A stretch of DNA of 64,000 bases from assembly GCA_950097015.1 (NCBI GenBank), contig CATNEN010000003.1, positions 5,642,001 through 5,706,000 of the forward strand. The letters run 5' to 3'. The position numbers were made by a program, and so were the translations under genes. Source of the DNA: Macrostomum hystrix. Taxonomy: Eukaryota > Animalia > Platyhelminthes. The notes below the pieces were generated by a model. The model was not told where the DNA came from. It worked only from the letters and a program-made list of their open reading frames with translations, and did not search any database. Of this stretch, positions 34,088 through 47,900 are shown piece by piece. Numbering within the stretch: position 1 is the first letter of the stretch; each line of letters opens with the position of its first letter.

Positions 34088-37000
34088 TCAGCTCTTCGAA
34101 GATGACGGCCCGCCGCTGGCAGCCGCCCGCTTAGCCGCGCCCAGGAGGTCGGTGCCCACGTGAAAGAATGTACTTTTAGTGCCAAAGTACTTGGCATTAG
34201 CCGCCTCATCTTCGGCGGATCTTTCCGACGCCTTCGGGTTGACAATCTCGAGGCCCTGTACTGGGGTGAAGGCCACGGAGGAAACCGTGCCGCTGACTGG
34301 TCGCCTGATGGTGCTGGCGCCTCCGTGCAGCTGACTGTGCAGATGCTGCCGCTGCTGCTGCTGCTGCTGCCGTTGCAGCTTCTGGGCTAGAGACTTTGAC
34401 ACTCGCGCTTTGGTCTTGGCGTCGGCCACCGGGGCTCTAATTCTGCCGCTGGACGATCGACCGAGGGTGCCGAGAGAGAAGCCGAGATCCTCCTGATAGG
34501 CGTCATCCTGGAGATGATTGAGGATAAATTGGGATTTTTTTATTTGGGACTGGTATTTGATTTTTTAAAGACAATGGCACTGGCTTAGAGATATAACACG
34601 GGATTAAAGGGGATTAATGTTACATTGGATTAGCAAAATAACACGTTGGATAAAGGAACTCACATTGGGGATTAGGGAATGCCAAAGTGGATTAGGGATT
34701 GCCAAAGTGGATTAGGGATTGTCAAACTGGATTAGGGAATGTCCAAGTGGATTAGGGATTGTAAAAGTGGATTAGGGATAGTAAAAGTGGATTAAGGATT
34801 GTAAAAGTGGATTAAGGATTGTAAAATTTCATTAGGGAATGTCAAATTGGATTAGGGAATGTTAAACTGGATTATGAATTAACATCATATATTAGAAATA
34901 AATAACATAACGGATTATGATAAAGCAACAAGGGATTGGGAAAACGACACAAGGGATAATGTGCAAATATATAATACAGAAAGGAAAGCAGATTAAGAGA
35001 ACGGCAGTGAACTGTCGCACCTGAATGTCGCCAAAGTTAATCCGGTTGGCTGCCTTGCGCATCTCTGTCATGCCGAGGCGCTCCTTCATCTTGCGGTGCC
35101 GTCTGCCGCCGCGCTTCTTCGACGGCGGATCAATTGGGACGCTCAGAGGCTTCACCTGAGTGAGGCAGGTGAGAGACAGGCGTGTGGTAGCATCATAGCA
35201 CCTATAATTACTGCAGACAAATAGGTTTAATTTAGAGTGACTTTCTGAGCAGCTCATTGAATCAGAGTGACACTTTAGGGATATCATTAAATCAGAGCGA
35301 CATTTTGAGCATCTCATTGAATCAGAGTGACATTTTGATCTCATTGAATCAGAGTGATATTTTGAGCAGCTTATTGAATCAGAGTGACATTTTGAGAATC
35401 CCATTAAATCAGAGCGACAATTTGAGAATTCCATGGAATCAGAGTGACATTTTGAGAATCCCATGGAATCAGGGTGACATTTTGAGCATCTCATTGAATC
35501 AGAGTGACATTTTGAGAATCCCATGGAATCAGAGTGACATTTTGAGAATCCCATGGAATCAGAGTGACATTTTGAGAATCCCATTAAATCAGAGCGACAA
35601 TTTAAGAATTCCATGGAATCAGAGTGACATTTTGAGAATCCCATGGAATCAGAGTGACATTTTGAGCATCTCATTGAATCAGAGTGACATTTTGAGAATC
35701 CCATGGAATCAGAGTGACACTTTAGGGATCTCATTAAATCAGAGCGACAATTTGAGAATTCCATGGAATCAGAGTGACATTTTGAGAATCCCATGGAATC
35801 AGAGTGACATTTTAAGGACTTTATAGTTTCCGGGTGACATTATGAGGCTCTTGTTAAATCAAAGTGACTCACTTGTTTTACCGGTGGAGGCTCGGTCAAT
35901 TTGTTAAACTTTTGCTCCAACTCCAAGTAGAGCTGCCGCCCTCTAGACCCGTCCGGTGCCTGGTGAAAATTGTCAACCCTGGCCGCTAAAGTACATTTGG
36001 CGGCAATCAGTTTAACAGCTTTGGCCCGCAGATCAGGTGGCAGCTCTTGTACATCTCTGCACTCGTACAGGTGACCCCGATGCAGACCCTGGGTGGCGCT
36101 GGAGAAACCCGAAAGTTGCTTGCGAGTGGAGCCAAGCACCTGGGATGGCGGGGTTTTATGGAATTTATCATCTGACCTGTCACACAGTTTATCATCTCAC
36201 CTGTCACACAGTTTATCATCTCACCTGTCACACAGTTTATCATCTCACCTGTCACACAGTTTATCATCACACCTGTCACGCAGTTTATCATCTCACCTGT
36301 CACGCAGTTTATCATCTCACCTGTCACACAGTTTATCATCTCACCTGTCACACAGTTTATCATCTCACCTGTCATACAGTTTATCATCACACCTGTCACA
36401 CAGTTTATCATCACACCTGTCACACAGTTTATCATCTCACCTGTCACACAGTTTATCATCTCACCTGTCACACAGTTTATCATCTCACCTGTCACACAGT
36501 TTATCATCTCACCTGTCACACAGTTTATCATCACACCTGTCACGCAGTTTATCATCTCACCTGTCACGCAGTTTATCATCTCACCTGTCACGCAGTTTAT
36601 TATCTCACCTGTCACACAGTTTATTATCTCACCTGTCACGCAGTTTATTATCTCACCTGTCACACAGTTTATCATCTCACCTGTCACACAGTTTATCATC
36701 TCACCTGTCACGCAGTTTATCATCTCACCTGTCACACAGTTTATCATCTCACCTGTCACGCAGTTTATCATCTCACCTGTCACGCAGTTTATCATCTCAC
36801 CTGTCACACAGTTTATCATCTCACCTGTCACACAGTTTATTATCTCACCTGTCACGCAGTTTATTATCTCACCTGTCACACAGTTTATTATCTCACCTGT
36901 CACGCAGTTTATCATCTCACCTGTCACACAGTTTATCATCTCACCTGTCACACAGTTTATCATCTCACCTGTCACACAGTTTATCATCTCACCTGTCACA

Positions 37001-38992
37001 CAGTTTATCATCTCACCTGTCACACAGTTTATCATCTCACCTGTCACACAGTTTATCATCTCACCTGTCACGCAGTTTATTATCTCACCTGTCACACAGT
37101 TTATTATCTCACCTGTCACGCAGTTTTATTATCTCACCTGTCACACAGTTTATCATCTCACCTGTCACACAGTTTATCATCTCACCTGTCACACAGTTTA
37201 TCATCTCACCTGTCACACAGTTTATCATCTCACCTGTCACACAGTTTATCATCTCACCTGTCACGCAGTTTATCATCTCACCTGTCACACAGTTTATCAT
37301 CTCACCTGTCACACAGTTTATCATCTCACCTGTCACACAGTTTATCATCTCACCTGTCACACAGTTTATCATCTCACCTGTCAAAGCACACTAGATTAGC
37401 CGTCAAGGTATTACAAATGAAAGTGAACCATCTCTCTGGTCAAATTACATATCTTATGTTCTCAGGCATCATAATTCTCACCTGAATATTGCAGCTGGGC
37501 ATGCGAATGAGTGCAGACAGACCGCCAGCTGAGCCCAATAATTTGGCAGCCACTGAGGCGCCAACAACTGCAGACAAATTCGGCGCAATGAGCTGCATTC
37601 GCGACTCAACATAGCCAATGATTTGTTCCCTACGCATTAGCAGACTAGTGGCCATGTCGCAGGCCTCCATAATCCATTCTAGTTCCTGATCGGATAATCG
37701 AATGCCCTGGGTAGTTGAGGCTGTCACAGACACAACCATGATAGTAGCCGGTGCAAGGTAGGGTCTCAGAATGCCGGGACATTTCGATCGCTCCAACGGT
37801 TCGTTGCCCAATTGTCGAACAGTCTGCAAATATTCCACATGCGACGGGACCAGTGTTTCTAATTCGGGAAATCTAGCCGAATAGCGATCGCGGCAGTAGC
37901 GATAAATAATGTGAATTTCGTCGTCTATTTTGACGGCCAGATTATTGGCTTCGACAATTAGCTGGTATTCGGGATCGGCTTCTACCTGGATGGGAGGAAA
38001 AACAATAGATTGAGAAAGATTTATAAAACAATGCTGCCGATATGTATTGAAATACTCTTTTTCGCAACAGCTAATAAAAACCATAAACCAAAAAACAACG
38101 CCGATATGTATCGAAAAACTTATTTTCGTAACTGTTAATAAAAACCATAACAAAATAAAAAAAACAACGCCGATTTGTATTGAAAAACTATTCTTGTAAC
38201 AGGTTATAAAAAACCCTACCTAAATAAAAACGATGCCGATATGTATTGAAAAACTATTCTTGTAATAGGTTATAAAAAACCCTACCTAAATAAAAACAAT
38301 GCCGATATGTATTGAAAAACTCGAATTAGAAAAACTGTCGTTTCGTATCGAAAAATACTAGCTTCCCGACAGGTAATAAAAATACTATATATAAGCATCA
38401 TGCCGATATGTATTGAAAAACATAAAAATAGAAAAAGAATCAATGTCTCTACGTATCGAAACACCAAGCAAGCGACTTAAAAATGCCGATATGTATTGAA
38501 CTAATTTTGCTAAAAGTAAAAATAGGCTACTTTACAACAACCATATAGAATTATGTCTCATAATGTCTCATAACCTTTTAACGAATGACCGGTATATTTA
38601 ATAGGAAACTAGATCTCGTTTTTAATCATACTTGTTGTTAAATTCAGCTCTTGTTTAACCATCCTATATGTATCGAAAAAAACGTATGAGACTTAAACAC
38701 TTACCGGCCCTTGTATCTCGCTAGCCTGCCTCCGAGGCCCCGAATCGAAGGCTTCAATCTGTTGCAACACTCTGGCCAGCTGCTGACTGTCGCTAAGGCG
38801 AGCCACCGACTGCACTGGCCCTACTGTGGCGGAGGCGGCCACTGCGGCGGCTGCGGCGGCAGCAGCGGCGGCGGCGGTTGAATCGTTGCCAGCCGCATAA
38901 TCAGCTGCGTCCATTGGCTCCTCTTTGATGGCATCCGCGGCAGCTGAGGCTGTTTCCTCTAGATCAGCTAGAAGCTCTTCAGTTAAAGACAT
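34088..38992 (-). CDS. PRPF31: U4/U6 snRNP protein Prp31; exons 38992-38705, 37985-37482, 36139-35873, 35155-35021, 34507-34088
   Basis: MSLTEELLADLEE, VEADPEYQLIVEAN, RFPELETLV, IAPNLSAVVGA (Nop domain), AAKCTLAARVD, KKRGGRRHRKMKER and SGTVSSVAFTPVQGLEIVNP. Confidence 0.97.
34668..34875. repeat. 20-bp minisatellite in PRPF31 intron 4
   Basis: Unit GTGGATTAGGGATTGTAAAA. Confidence 0.85.
35235..35815. repeat. 30-bp minisatellite in PRPF31 intron 3
   Basis: Unit GAATCAGAGTGACATTTTGAGAATCCCATG. Confidence 0.95.
36165..37383. repeat. 24-bp minisatellite in PRPF31 intron 2
   Basis: Unit CACACAGTTTATCATCTCACCTGT. Confidence 0.97.
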
Positions 38993-39104
38993 TGCAGCTA
39001 TGAGATCTGAAAACGGTTTGGAAAATATATTACATGAGTTAAATAGTTAGGAAATGAAAGAATCGTTAGGGATAGAAAGCAAAGGAGAGAGGAGAAAGAA
39101 TAGG

Positions 39105-40065
39105 AGTTGGAGAGAGCTGAGGGGAGAGAGCTGAGGGGAGAGAGCTGAGGGAGAGAGCTGAGGGAGAGAGCTGAGGGAAGAGAAGAGAGCGATAGGGAGA
39201 GTAAAGGGAAGAGAGCGGAAGAGAGAGTAAAGGGGAGAGGGCGGAAGGGAGAGTAAAGGGGAGAGGGCGGAAGGGAGAGTAAAGGGGAGAGGGCAGACGG
39301 GAGAATATAGGGGAGATGGCGGAAGGGAGAGTAAAGGGAAGAGAGCGGAAGAGAGAGTAAAGGGGAGAGGGCGGAAGGGAGAGTAAAGGGGAGAGGGCGG
39401 ACGGGAGAATAAAGGGAAGAGGGCGGAAGGGAGAGTAAAGGGGATAGGGCGGAAGGGAGAATATAGGGGAGAGGGCGGAAGGGAGAGTAAAGGGGAGAGG
39501 GCGGAAGAGAGAGTAAAGGGGAGAGGGCGGAAGGGAGAATATAGGGGAGAGGGCGGAAGGGAGAGTAAAGGGGAGAGGGCGGAAGAGAGAGTAAAGGGGA
39601 GAGGGCGGAAGGGAGAATAAAGGGGAGAGGGCGGAAGGGAGAGTAAAGGGGAGAGGGCGGAAGGGAGAGTAAAGGGGAGAGGGCGGAAGGGAGAGTAAAG
39701 GGGAGAGGGCGGAAGAGAGAGTAAAGGGGAGAGGGCGGAAGGGAGAATAAAGGGGAGAGGGCGGAAGGGAGAGTAAAGGGGAGAGGGCGGAAGGGAGAGT
39801 AAAGGGGAGAGGGCGGAAGGGAGAGTAAAGGGGAGAGGGCGGAAGAGAGAGTAAAGGGGAGAGGGCGGAAGAGAGAGTAAAGGGGAGAGGGCGGAAGGGA
39901 GAGTAAAGGGGAGAGGGCGGAAGGGAGAATATAGGGGAGAGGGCGGAAGGGAGAGTAAAGGGGAGAGGGCGGAAGGGAGAGTAAAGGGGAGAGGGCGGAA
40001 GGGAGAGTAAAGGGGAGAGGGCGGAAGGGAAGAGAGCGGAAGGGAAGAGAGAGAAGGGCGAGAGA
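39105..40065. repeat. 26-bp purine-rich minisatellite upstream of the PRPF31 ATG
   Basis: Unit GGCGGAAGGGAGAGTAAAGGGGAGAG. Confidence 0.95.
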
Positions 40066-40699
40066 CAGAATATAGGCTAAGTAGGGTATTTTAAATGGAG
40101 CTGGAAGATGAGTTAGTCCTTGGATTCAAGGTTATAGTTTTTAACTAGAAGGTAAACCGACCGCCGGTAACAAAGATTCCCCAAAAAGAAAATAAAACCC
40201 AGCAAAAATAATATTAAATTTCAGTTATATTTTCCTTTTCTTTATTAAAACTTGCTCAAGGAAACTGAGAAATAAAAATAGACAATAACAAAATGTCAAC
40301 CGATTTTCGATTGGTTGAAACAAAAAGAAAGGATAAATCGTTATTACGTAAAAAAGTTATATCGCAAAGTTACGAAATACGCTTAGAACACTCCTCATTA
40401 CAGTAGCATAGAAGAATAATTAAAACAGGCATTTAAAAATGTGCTTACTGAATAATATATTTTATCTTGCGTTAATCATTTTTTATGAAAAAAAAAAGGC
40501 CGATAATTGACACTTATTGATTGCGACAGTTATTATCAAAGCTACAAAGCTAAATTAATATTGTGTGCGTTGGAATTAAAAAAGCAAAACAAAATAAAAT
40601 TTATCATGATAGAAAATACACAACTGAGCATGTGAATGTATGTTACTGGCACAGAACTTTCCGTCGAAATATAAAAACATAAATTACCAGCAATGACCA

Positions 40700-41180
40700 A
40701 ATCTGACAGATATCTACCTATCTACCATAGATATCTACCAATCTGACATAGATATCTACCATTCTAACATATATATCTACCAATCTGACATAAATATCTA
40801 CCATTCTAACATATATATCTACCAATCTGACATAAATATCTACCATTCTAACATAGATATCTACCAATCTGACATAGATATCTACCAATATGACACAGAT
40901 ATCTACCAATCTGCCATAGATATCTACCAATCTACCATAGATTTCTACCAATCTGACATACGAGTGGGCATAGATAGATAGGTAGATAGATCTCATACTG
41001 TCTCTCTCACTCTCCGATTCTCCGCGCTCCCTCCCGCTGTTTTAATTTTGTTTATTTTGTTCCCTACGTAGATATCTACCAATCTGACATAGATATCTAC
41101 CAATCTGACATAGATATCTACCAATCTGACATAGATTTCTACCAATCTGACATAGATATCTACCAATCTACCATAGATTT
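40700..41180. repeat. 21-bp minisatellite interrupted by a ~110-bp insert
   Basis: Unit ATCTACCAATCTGACATAGAT. Confidence 0.9.
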
Positions 41181-41904
41181 CTATTAGTAATACACAGTCA
41201 TGGACTAATCTGAAATATATATTTCAAACTGCAATAACAGTATTTACTTAAGGGCTAATCTAGTGAAAAAATACTTACAAAATGAGCACACAATAACGTA
41301 ACGAACTTCTTTAAACGATTTCAAGCCAAGGAGAAACGTTAAATAGAAAAGTATATTAGCCAGCAAAAACAAACTTTGAATGAAAAATCACCCAAAGCAG
41401 TTTTGCAATGAATATAGAAAATCTAATTTGTCAAAGACAAAACAAAGAAAACAAAGACGCGGCTAATAATAAATACAGAGCAATTGATTACATTACATAA
41501 TGCACTACTAACTAGTCACAGCAGAGTAAGTAGTAAATGTATTAGGCAATTTATAAAACAACTATTTTCAATCGCAAACAAAAAATAAAATAATGGGCAA
41601 AAGATGAAAAAAAAGAGTTGTGAAAAAAAACTAATTTGCGCTCTCTAAGTCTAGGAATGACAGGACTTCTAAAAATAAAGATGTATATTTTCATAACTGG
41701 CATTCCGTAACTGCCGAGGTTTTACATTTTAAATAGTAAGCGTATTACACTACTAGCTGATAAGCTACTTAAGTAGTATACACAGAATCTTACTTAAATT
41801 AGTAAACTTACTATTAATTTTGCCCGAAAAAATGATTCAATGTCTCTATAATTTATAATGTCAATTTAGATTTGATCGCAAAACACGTCCGAACCGTCAA
41901 ACGA

Positions 41905-44900
41905 TCATTTTTGCCCATTACGCCGGCTGTCCAAGTACAGTTCAGCGTCAGAGATTACCTGCGGCAGGGTGTCGCTAGTTTTACTGCAAGTGCATGCCAA
42001 TAATTCGTCCGGTTTATAGGCGCCATTGGTGATTTCCACGCATTTGGCTACGAGATCCGAGCTGATCTGCTCTGTGCAGCGGGAGTCGCGCTGATAGGCC
42101 GGGTGTTCAGTCACGAATCTGCGAATCCAGGCTGCGGTGGTCAGCAGCTCGCCTGCGGACAGACAGGTGGTCAGACAGGTGGACAGACAGGTGGACAGAC
42201 AGGTGGTCATACAGGTGGACACAGGTGGACAGACAGGTGGTCAGACAGGTGGTCAGAAAGGTGGACAGACAGGTGGACAGACAGGTGGACAGACAGGTGG
42301 ACAGACAGGTGGACAGACAGGTGGACAGACAGGTGGACAGACAGGTGGACAGACAGGTGGACAGTAGGTGGATGGGTGGACAGGTGGATGGGTGGACAGG
42401 TAGATGGATAGGAGTTTAAGTGGCGGACAGGCAGATAAATAGGTGGACAGGTAGATGGATAGGTGGACATGTGGACAGGTGGATAAATAGGTAAACAGGT
42501 AGATTGAAAGGAAAGGATATAAATAAGGTGTACACGTAGAGATAGATAGGCGAACAGGTAGAGATAGATAGGCGAACAGGTAGAGATAGATAGGCGAACA
42601 GGTAGAGATAGATAGGCGAACAGATAGAGATAGATAGGCGAACAGGTAGAGATAGATAGGCGAACAGGTAGAGATAGATAGGCGAACAGGTAGAGATAGA
42701 TAGGCGAACAGGTAGAGATAGATAGGCGAACAGATAGAGATAGATAGGCGAACAGATAGAGATAGATAGGCGAACAGATAGAGATAGATATAGATAGGTA
42801 GACAAGTACATACTTTTCAAGGTCGTAATAACTTCTAGTTAATTTTAATCCAGCATCAGCATAGAATGAAAAATTTGAATGTAGAAAATCAGTTATGTGA
42901 CTAAGAAAATGCTGCAGTCTAACAACACGTTTAGCATAGGATTAGCAACCTGAGACAAAATAACAAGCTTGAGACACAAGCACCAGATGAGTCACATTCA
43001 TATCGAAATTCAAAGGCGCAACGATACGAAAACTAAAAGGAGAAGTGAGGGGTGATACAGTGGGAGAAAGGGGAAGTGAGGGGTGATACAATGGGAGAAA
43101 GGGGAAGTGAGGGGTGATACAATGGGAGAAAGGGGAAGTGAGGGGTGATACAATGGGAGAAAGGGGAAGTGAGGGGTGATACAATGGGAGAAAGGGGAAG
43201 TGAGGGGTGATACAATGGGAGAAAGGGGGAATAGATGATATAATCGGAGGAAAGTGGAAGAGAAGATGAATTATATAATAGGAGAAAGGGGAAGTGTGGA
43301 TGATAGAATGGGAGAAAGGGGAAGAGAGGATGATAGAATGTGAGAAAGGGGAAGAGAGGATGATATAATCGGAGAAGAGGGAAGAGTGGGGGGATAGAAT
43401 GGGAGAAAAGGGAAGAGTAGGGGATAGAATGGGAGTAAGGGAAATGGTGAGAAGAGGATATAATGCGAAAAGCAAGGCTTACCGGAGGCACGCTTCTGAA
43501 TAAGGTTAAGATACTGGTTCAGGGTGCACATTGTATCTACATCGGTGTGACTCATGCTTAGGTACTGCCTAATCAGAGGTACAAGGCCAGGGAAGTCTTG
43601 GCCACCGTTGACAATTTCGTTCAGGGTGAACTCTTGCAGACCGGCTTGAACCAGTTCCGGATCGTTGTCGTACAGGTGGGCGCCGGAACGGAAATGGAAC
43701 TTCTGCCGCTTAACGGCGTCGCGCTGCTGGGCGCGGGCGAAGTTTTCGTCAACCTTTGGGAAATTTTTTTCATTGGATTCTAATTTATGATAAATTTATA
43801 AATTACGTTTCGATTAAGATAACCAGATTTGGGAAAATTAGGACTTCAAAGAACTAAAAGACAGATGTGTATACAGGTACAGACATGTATAAAGTGACAG
43901 ACAGGTAGGAGGGAGACAGATGAAGGGAAAGGAATGAGACAGACAGGCATGATACAGACAGGTATGAGACAGACAGGCATGATACAGACAGGTATGAGAC
44001 AGACAGGCATGATACAGACAGGTATGAGACAGACAGGCATGAGACAGACAGGTATGATACAGACAGGTATGAGACAGACAGGTATGATACAGACAGGTAT
44101 GAGACAGACAGGTATGATACAGACAGGTATGATACAGACAGGTATGAGACAGACAGGTATGAGACAGACAGGTATGAGACAGACAGGCATGAGACAGACA
44201 GGCATGAGACAGACAGGCATGAGACAGACAGGCATGAGACAGACAGGTATGATACAGACAGGTATGATACAGACAGGTATGAGACAGACAGGTATGATAC
44301 AGACAGGTATGAGACAGACAGGTATGAGACAGACAGGTATGAGACAGACAGGTATGAGACAGACAGGTATGAGACAGACAGGCATGAGACAGACAGGCAT
44401 GAGACAGACAGGCATGAGACAGACAGGCATGAGACAGACAGGTATGATACAGACAGGTATGAGACAGACAGGTATGAGACAGACAGGTATGATACAGACA
44501 GGTATGAGACAGACAGGTATGAGACAGACAGGTATGAGACAGACAGGTATGAGACAGACAGGTATGAGACAGACAGGCATGAGACAGACAGGCATGAGAC
44601 AGACAGGCATGAGACAGACAGGCATGAGACAGACAGGCATGAGACAGACAGGTATGAGACAGACAGGCATGAGACAGACAGGTATGAGACAGACAGGTAT
44701 GAGACAGACAGGCATGAGAACGACAGGTATTAGACAGACAGGTATGAGACAGACAGGTATGAGACAGACAGGCATGAGACAGACAGGCATGAGACAGACA
44801 GGCATGAGACAGACAGGTATGAGACAGACAGGCATGATACAGACAGGTATGAGACAGACAGGTATGATACAGACAAGTATGAGACAGACAGGCATGAGAC

Positions 44901-47900
44901 AGACAGGTATGAGACAGACAGGTATGAGACAGACAGGCATGAGACAGACAGGTATGAGACAGACAGGTATGAGACAGACAGGCATGAGACAGACAGGCAT
45001 GAGACAGACAGGTATGAGACAGACAGGCATGAGACAGACAGGTATGAGACAGACAGGTATGAGACAGACAGGCATGAGACAGACAGGCATGAGAAAGACA
45101 GGTATGATACAGACAGGTATGAGACAGACAGGCATGAGACAGACAGGTATGAGACAGACAGGCATGAGACAGACAGGTATGATACAGACAGGTATGATAC
45201 AGACAGGTATGAGACAGACAGGTATGATACAGACAGGTATGAGACAGACAGGTATGAGACAGACAGGCATGAGACAGACAGGCATGAGACAGACAGGTAT
45301 GAGACAGACAGGCATGAGACAGACAGGTATGAGACAGACAGGTATGAGACAGACAGGCATGAGACAGACAGGTATGAGACAGACAGGTATGAGACAAACA
45401 GGCATGAGACAGACAGGCATGAGACAGACAGGTATGAGACAGACAGGCATGATACAGACAGGTATGAGACAGACAGGCATGAGACAGACAGGCATGATAC
45501 AGACAGGTATGAGACAGACAGGCATGAGACAGACAGGTATGAGACAGACAGGCATGATACAGACAGGTATGAGACAGACAGGCATGAGACAGACAGGCAT
45601 GAGACAGACAGGTATGAGACAGACAGGCATGAGACAGACAGGCATGAGACAGACAGGTATGAGACAGACAGGCATGAGACAGACAGGTATGAGACAGACA
45701 GGTATGAGACAGACAGGTATGAGACAGACAGGCATGAGACAGACAGGTATGATACAGACAGGTATGAGACAGACAGGTATGAGACAGACAGGTATGAGAC
45801 AGACAGGTATGAGACAGACAGGCATGAGACAGACAGGTATGATACAGACAGGTATGATACAGACAGGTATGAGACAGACAGGTATGAGACAGACAGGCAT
45901 GAGACAGACAGGTATGAGACAGACAGGCATGAGACAGACAGGCATGAGACAGACAGGTATGAGACAGACAGGCATGAGACAGACAGGTATGAGACAGACA
46001 GGTATGAGACAGACAGGCATGAGACAGACAGGTATGAGACAGACAGGTATGAGACAAACAGGCATGAGACAGACAGGCATGAGACAGACAGGTATGAGAC
46101 AGACAGGCATGATACAGACAGGTATGAGACAGACAGGTATGAGACTGACAGGTATGATACAGACAGGTATGAGACAGACAGGTATGAGACAGACAGCTAT
46201 GAGACAGACAGGTATGATACAGACAAGTATGAGACAGACAGGCATGAGACAGACAGGTATGAGACAGACAGGCATGAGACAGACAGGTATGAGACAGACA
46301 GGCATGATACAGACAGGTATGAGACAGACAGGCATGAGACAGACAGGTATGAGACAGACAGGCATGATACAGACAGGTATGAGACAGACAGGCATGATAC
46401 AGACAGGTATGAGACAGACAGGTATGAGACAGACAGGTATGAGACAGACAGGTATGAGACAGACAGGCATGAGACAGACAGGCATGAGACAGACAGGTAT
46501 GAGACAGACAGGCATGAGACAGACAGGTATGAGACAGACAGGTATGAGACAGACAGGCATGAGACAGACAGGTATGAGACAGACAGGTATGAGACAAACA
46601 GGCATGAGACAGACAGGCATGAGACAGACAGGTATGAGACAGACAGGCATGATACAGACAGGTATGAGACAGACAGGCATGAGACAGACAGGCATGATAC
46701 AGACAGGTATGAGACAGACAGGCATGAGACAGACAGGTATGAGACAGACAGGCATGATACAGACAGGTATGAGACAGACAGGCATGAGACAGACAGGCAT
46801 GAGACAGACAGGTATGAGACAGACAGGCATGAGACAGACAGGCATGAGACAGACAGGTATGAGACAGACAGGCATGAGACAGACAGGTATGAGACAGACA
46901 GGTATGAGACAGACAGGTATGAGACAGACAGGCATGAGACAGACAGGTATGATACAGACAGGTATGAGACAGACAGGTATGAGACAGACAGGTATGAGAC
47001 AGACAGGTATGAGACAGACAGGCATGAGACAGACAGGTATGATACAGACAGGTATGATACAGACAGGTATGAGACAGACAGGTATGAGACATACAGGTAT
47101 GAGACAGACAGGTATGAGACAGACAGGCATGAGACAGACAGGTATGATACAGACAGGTATGATACAGACAGGTATGAGACAGACAGGTATGAGACAGACA
47201 GGCATGATACAGACAGGTATGAGACAGACAGGCATGATACAGACAGGTATGAGACAGACAGGTATGAGACAGACAGGTATGAGACAGACAGGTATGAGAC
47301 AGACAGGTATGAGACAGACAGGCACGAGACAGACAGGCATGATACAGACAGGTATGAGACAGACAGGTATGAGACAGACAGGTATGAGACAGACAGGTAT
47401 GAGACAGACAGGTATGAGACTGACAGGTATGAGACAGACAGGTATGAGACAGACAGGTATGAGACAGACAGGTATGAGACAGACAGGTATGAGACTGACA
47501 GGTATGAGACTGACAGGTATGAGACACATGAAATAGCATGGATTAGATTTAGTTTTAAGCAAACCAGAATGGGAAAATATCACCTTAGAGATTGGCATCA
47601 GCAGGTCAATCTGCAGTGTCAACAGCACCCTAGTCAGTAGTACTATAAACACGACGTAGGCGGCATTTTCAAAATCGGTTAGCTGCACCTCGGCGCAGCG
47701 AAATTCCACTCGCCAACCAATGGTGGAATTAGTTGGCGGCGGTTTGAAACGCATCGATTGCCAATTAGTTGACTGGATGTTCTCAAAGTGATCGGACTCA
47801 TCTGTGTCGCTTTGGTTAATCTTTTCCGAGAACAGCGATACGGGATCGCGAATAAACAGGTGAGCTAGGTGACGGCTGAGACTTGTCTCAACTCCAGCCT

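Noticed and set aside
34668-34875. Telomeric TTAGGG repeats
   Set aside because: TTAGGG is only part of a 20-bp unit, not a tandem hexamer array.
36007-37485. Long repetitive ORFs on both strands
   Set aside because: They come from the 24-bp minisatellite in PRPF31 intron 2.
40960-41067. Short insert within the 21-bp array as a transposon
   Set aside because: No clear TIR or TSD and no second copy in the window.
43838-47539. ORFs of 1200-1400 aa (SHTCL, IPVCL and MRQTG repeats)
   Set aside because: They are stop-free translations of a 15-bp intronic minisatellite in GCLC intron 3.
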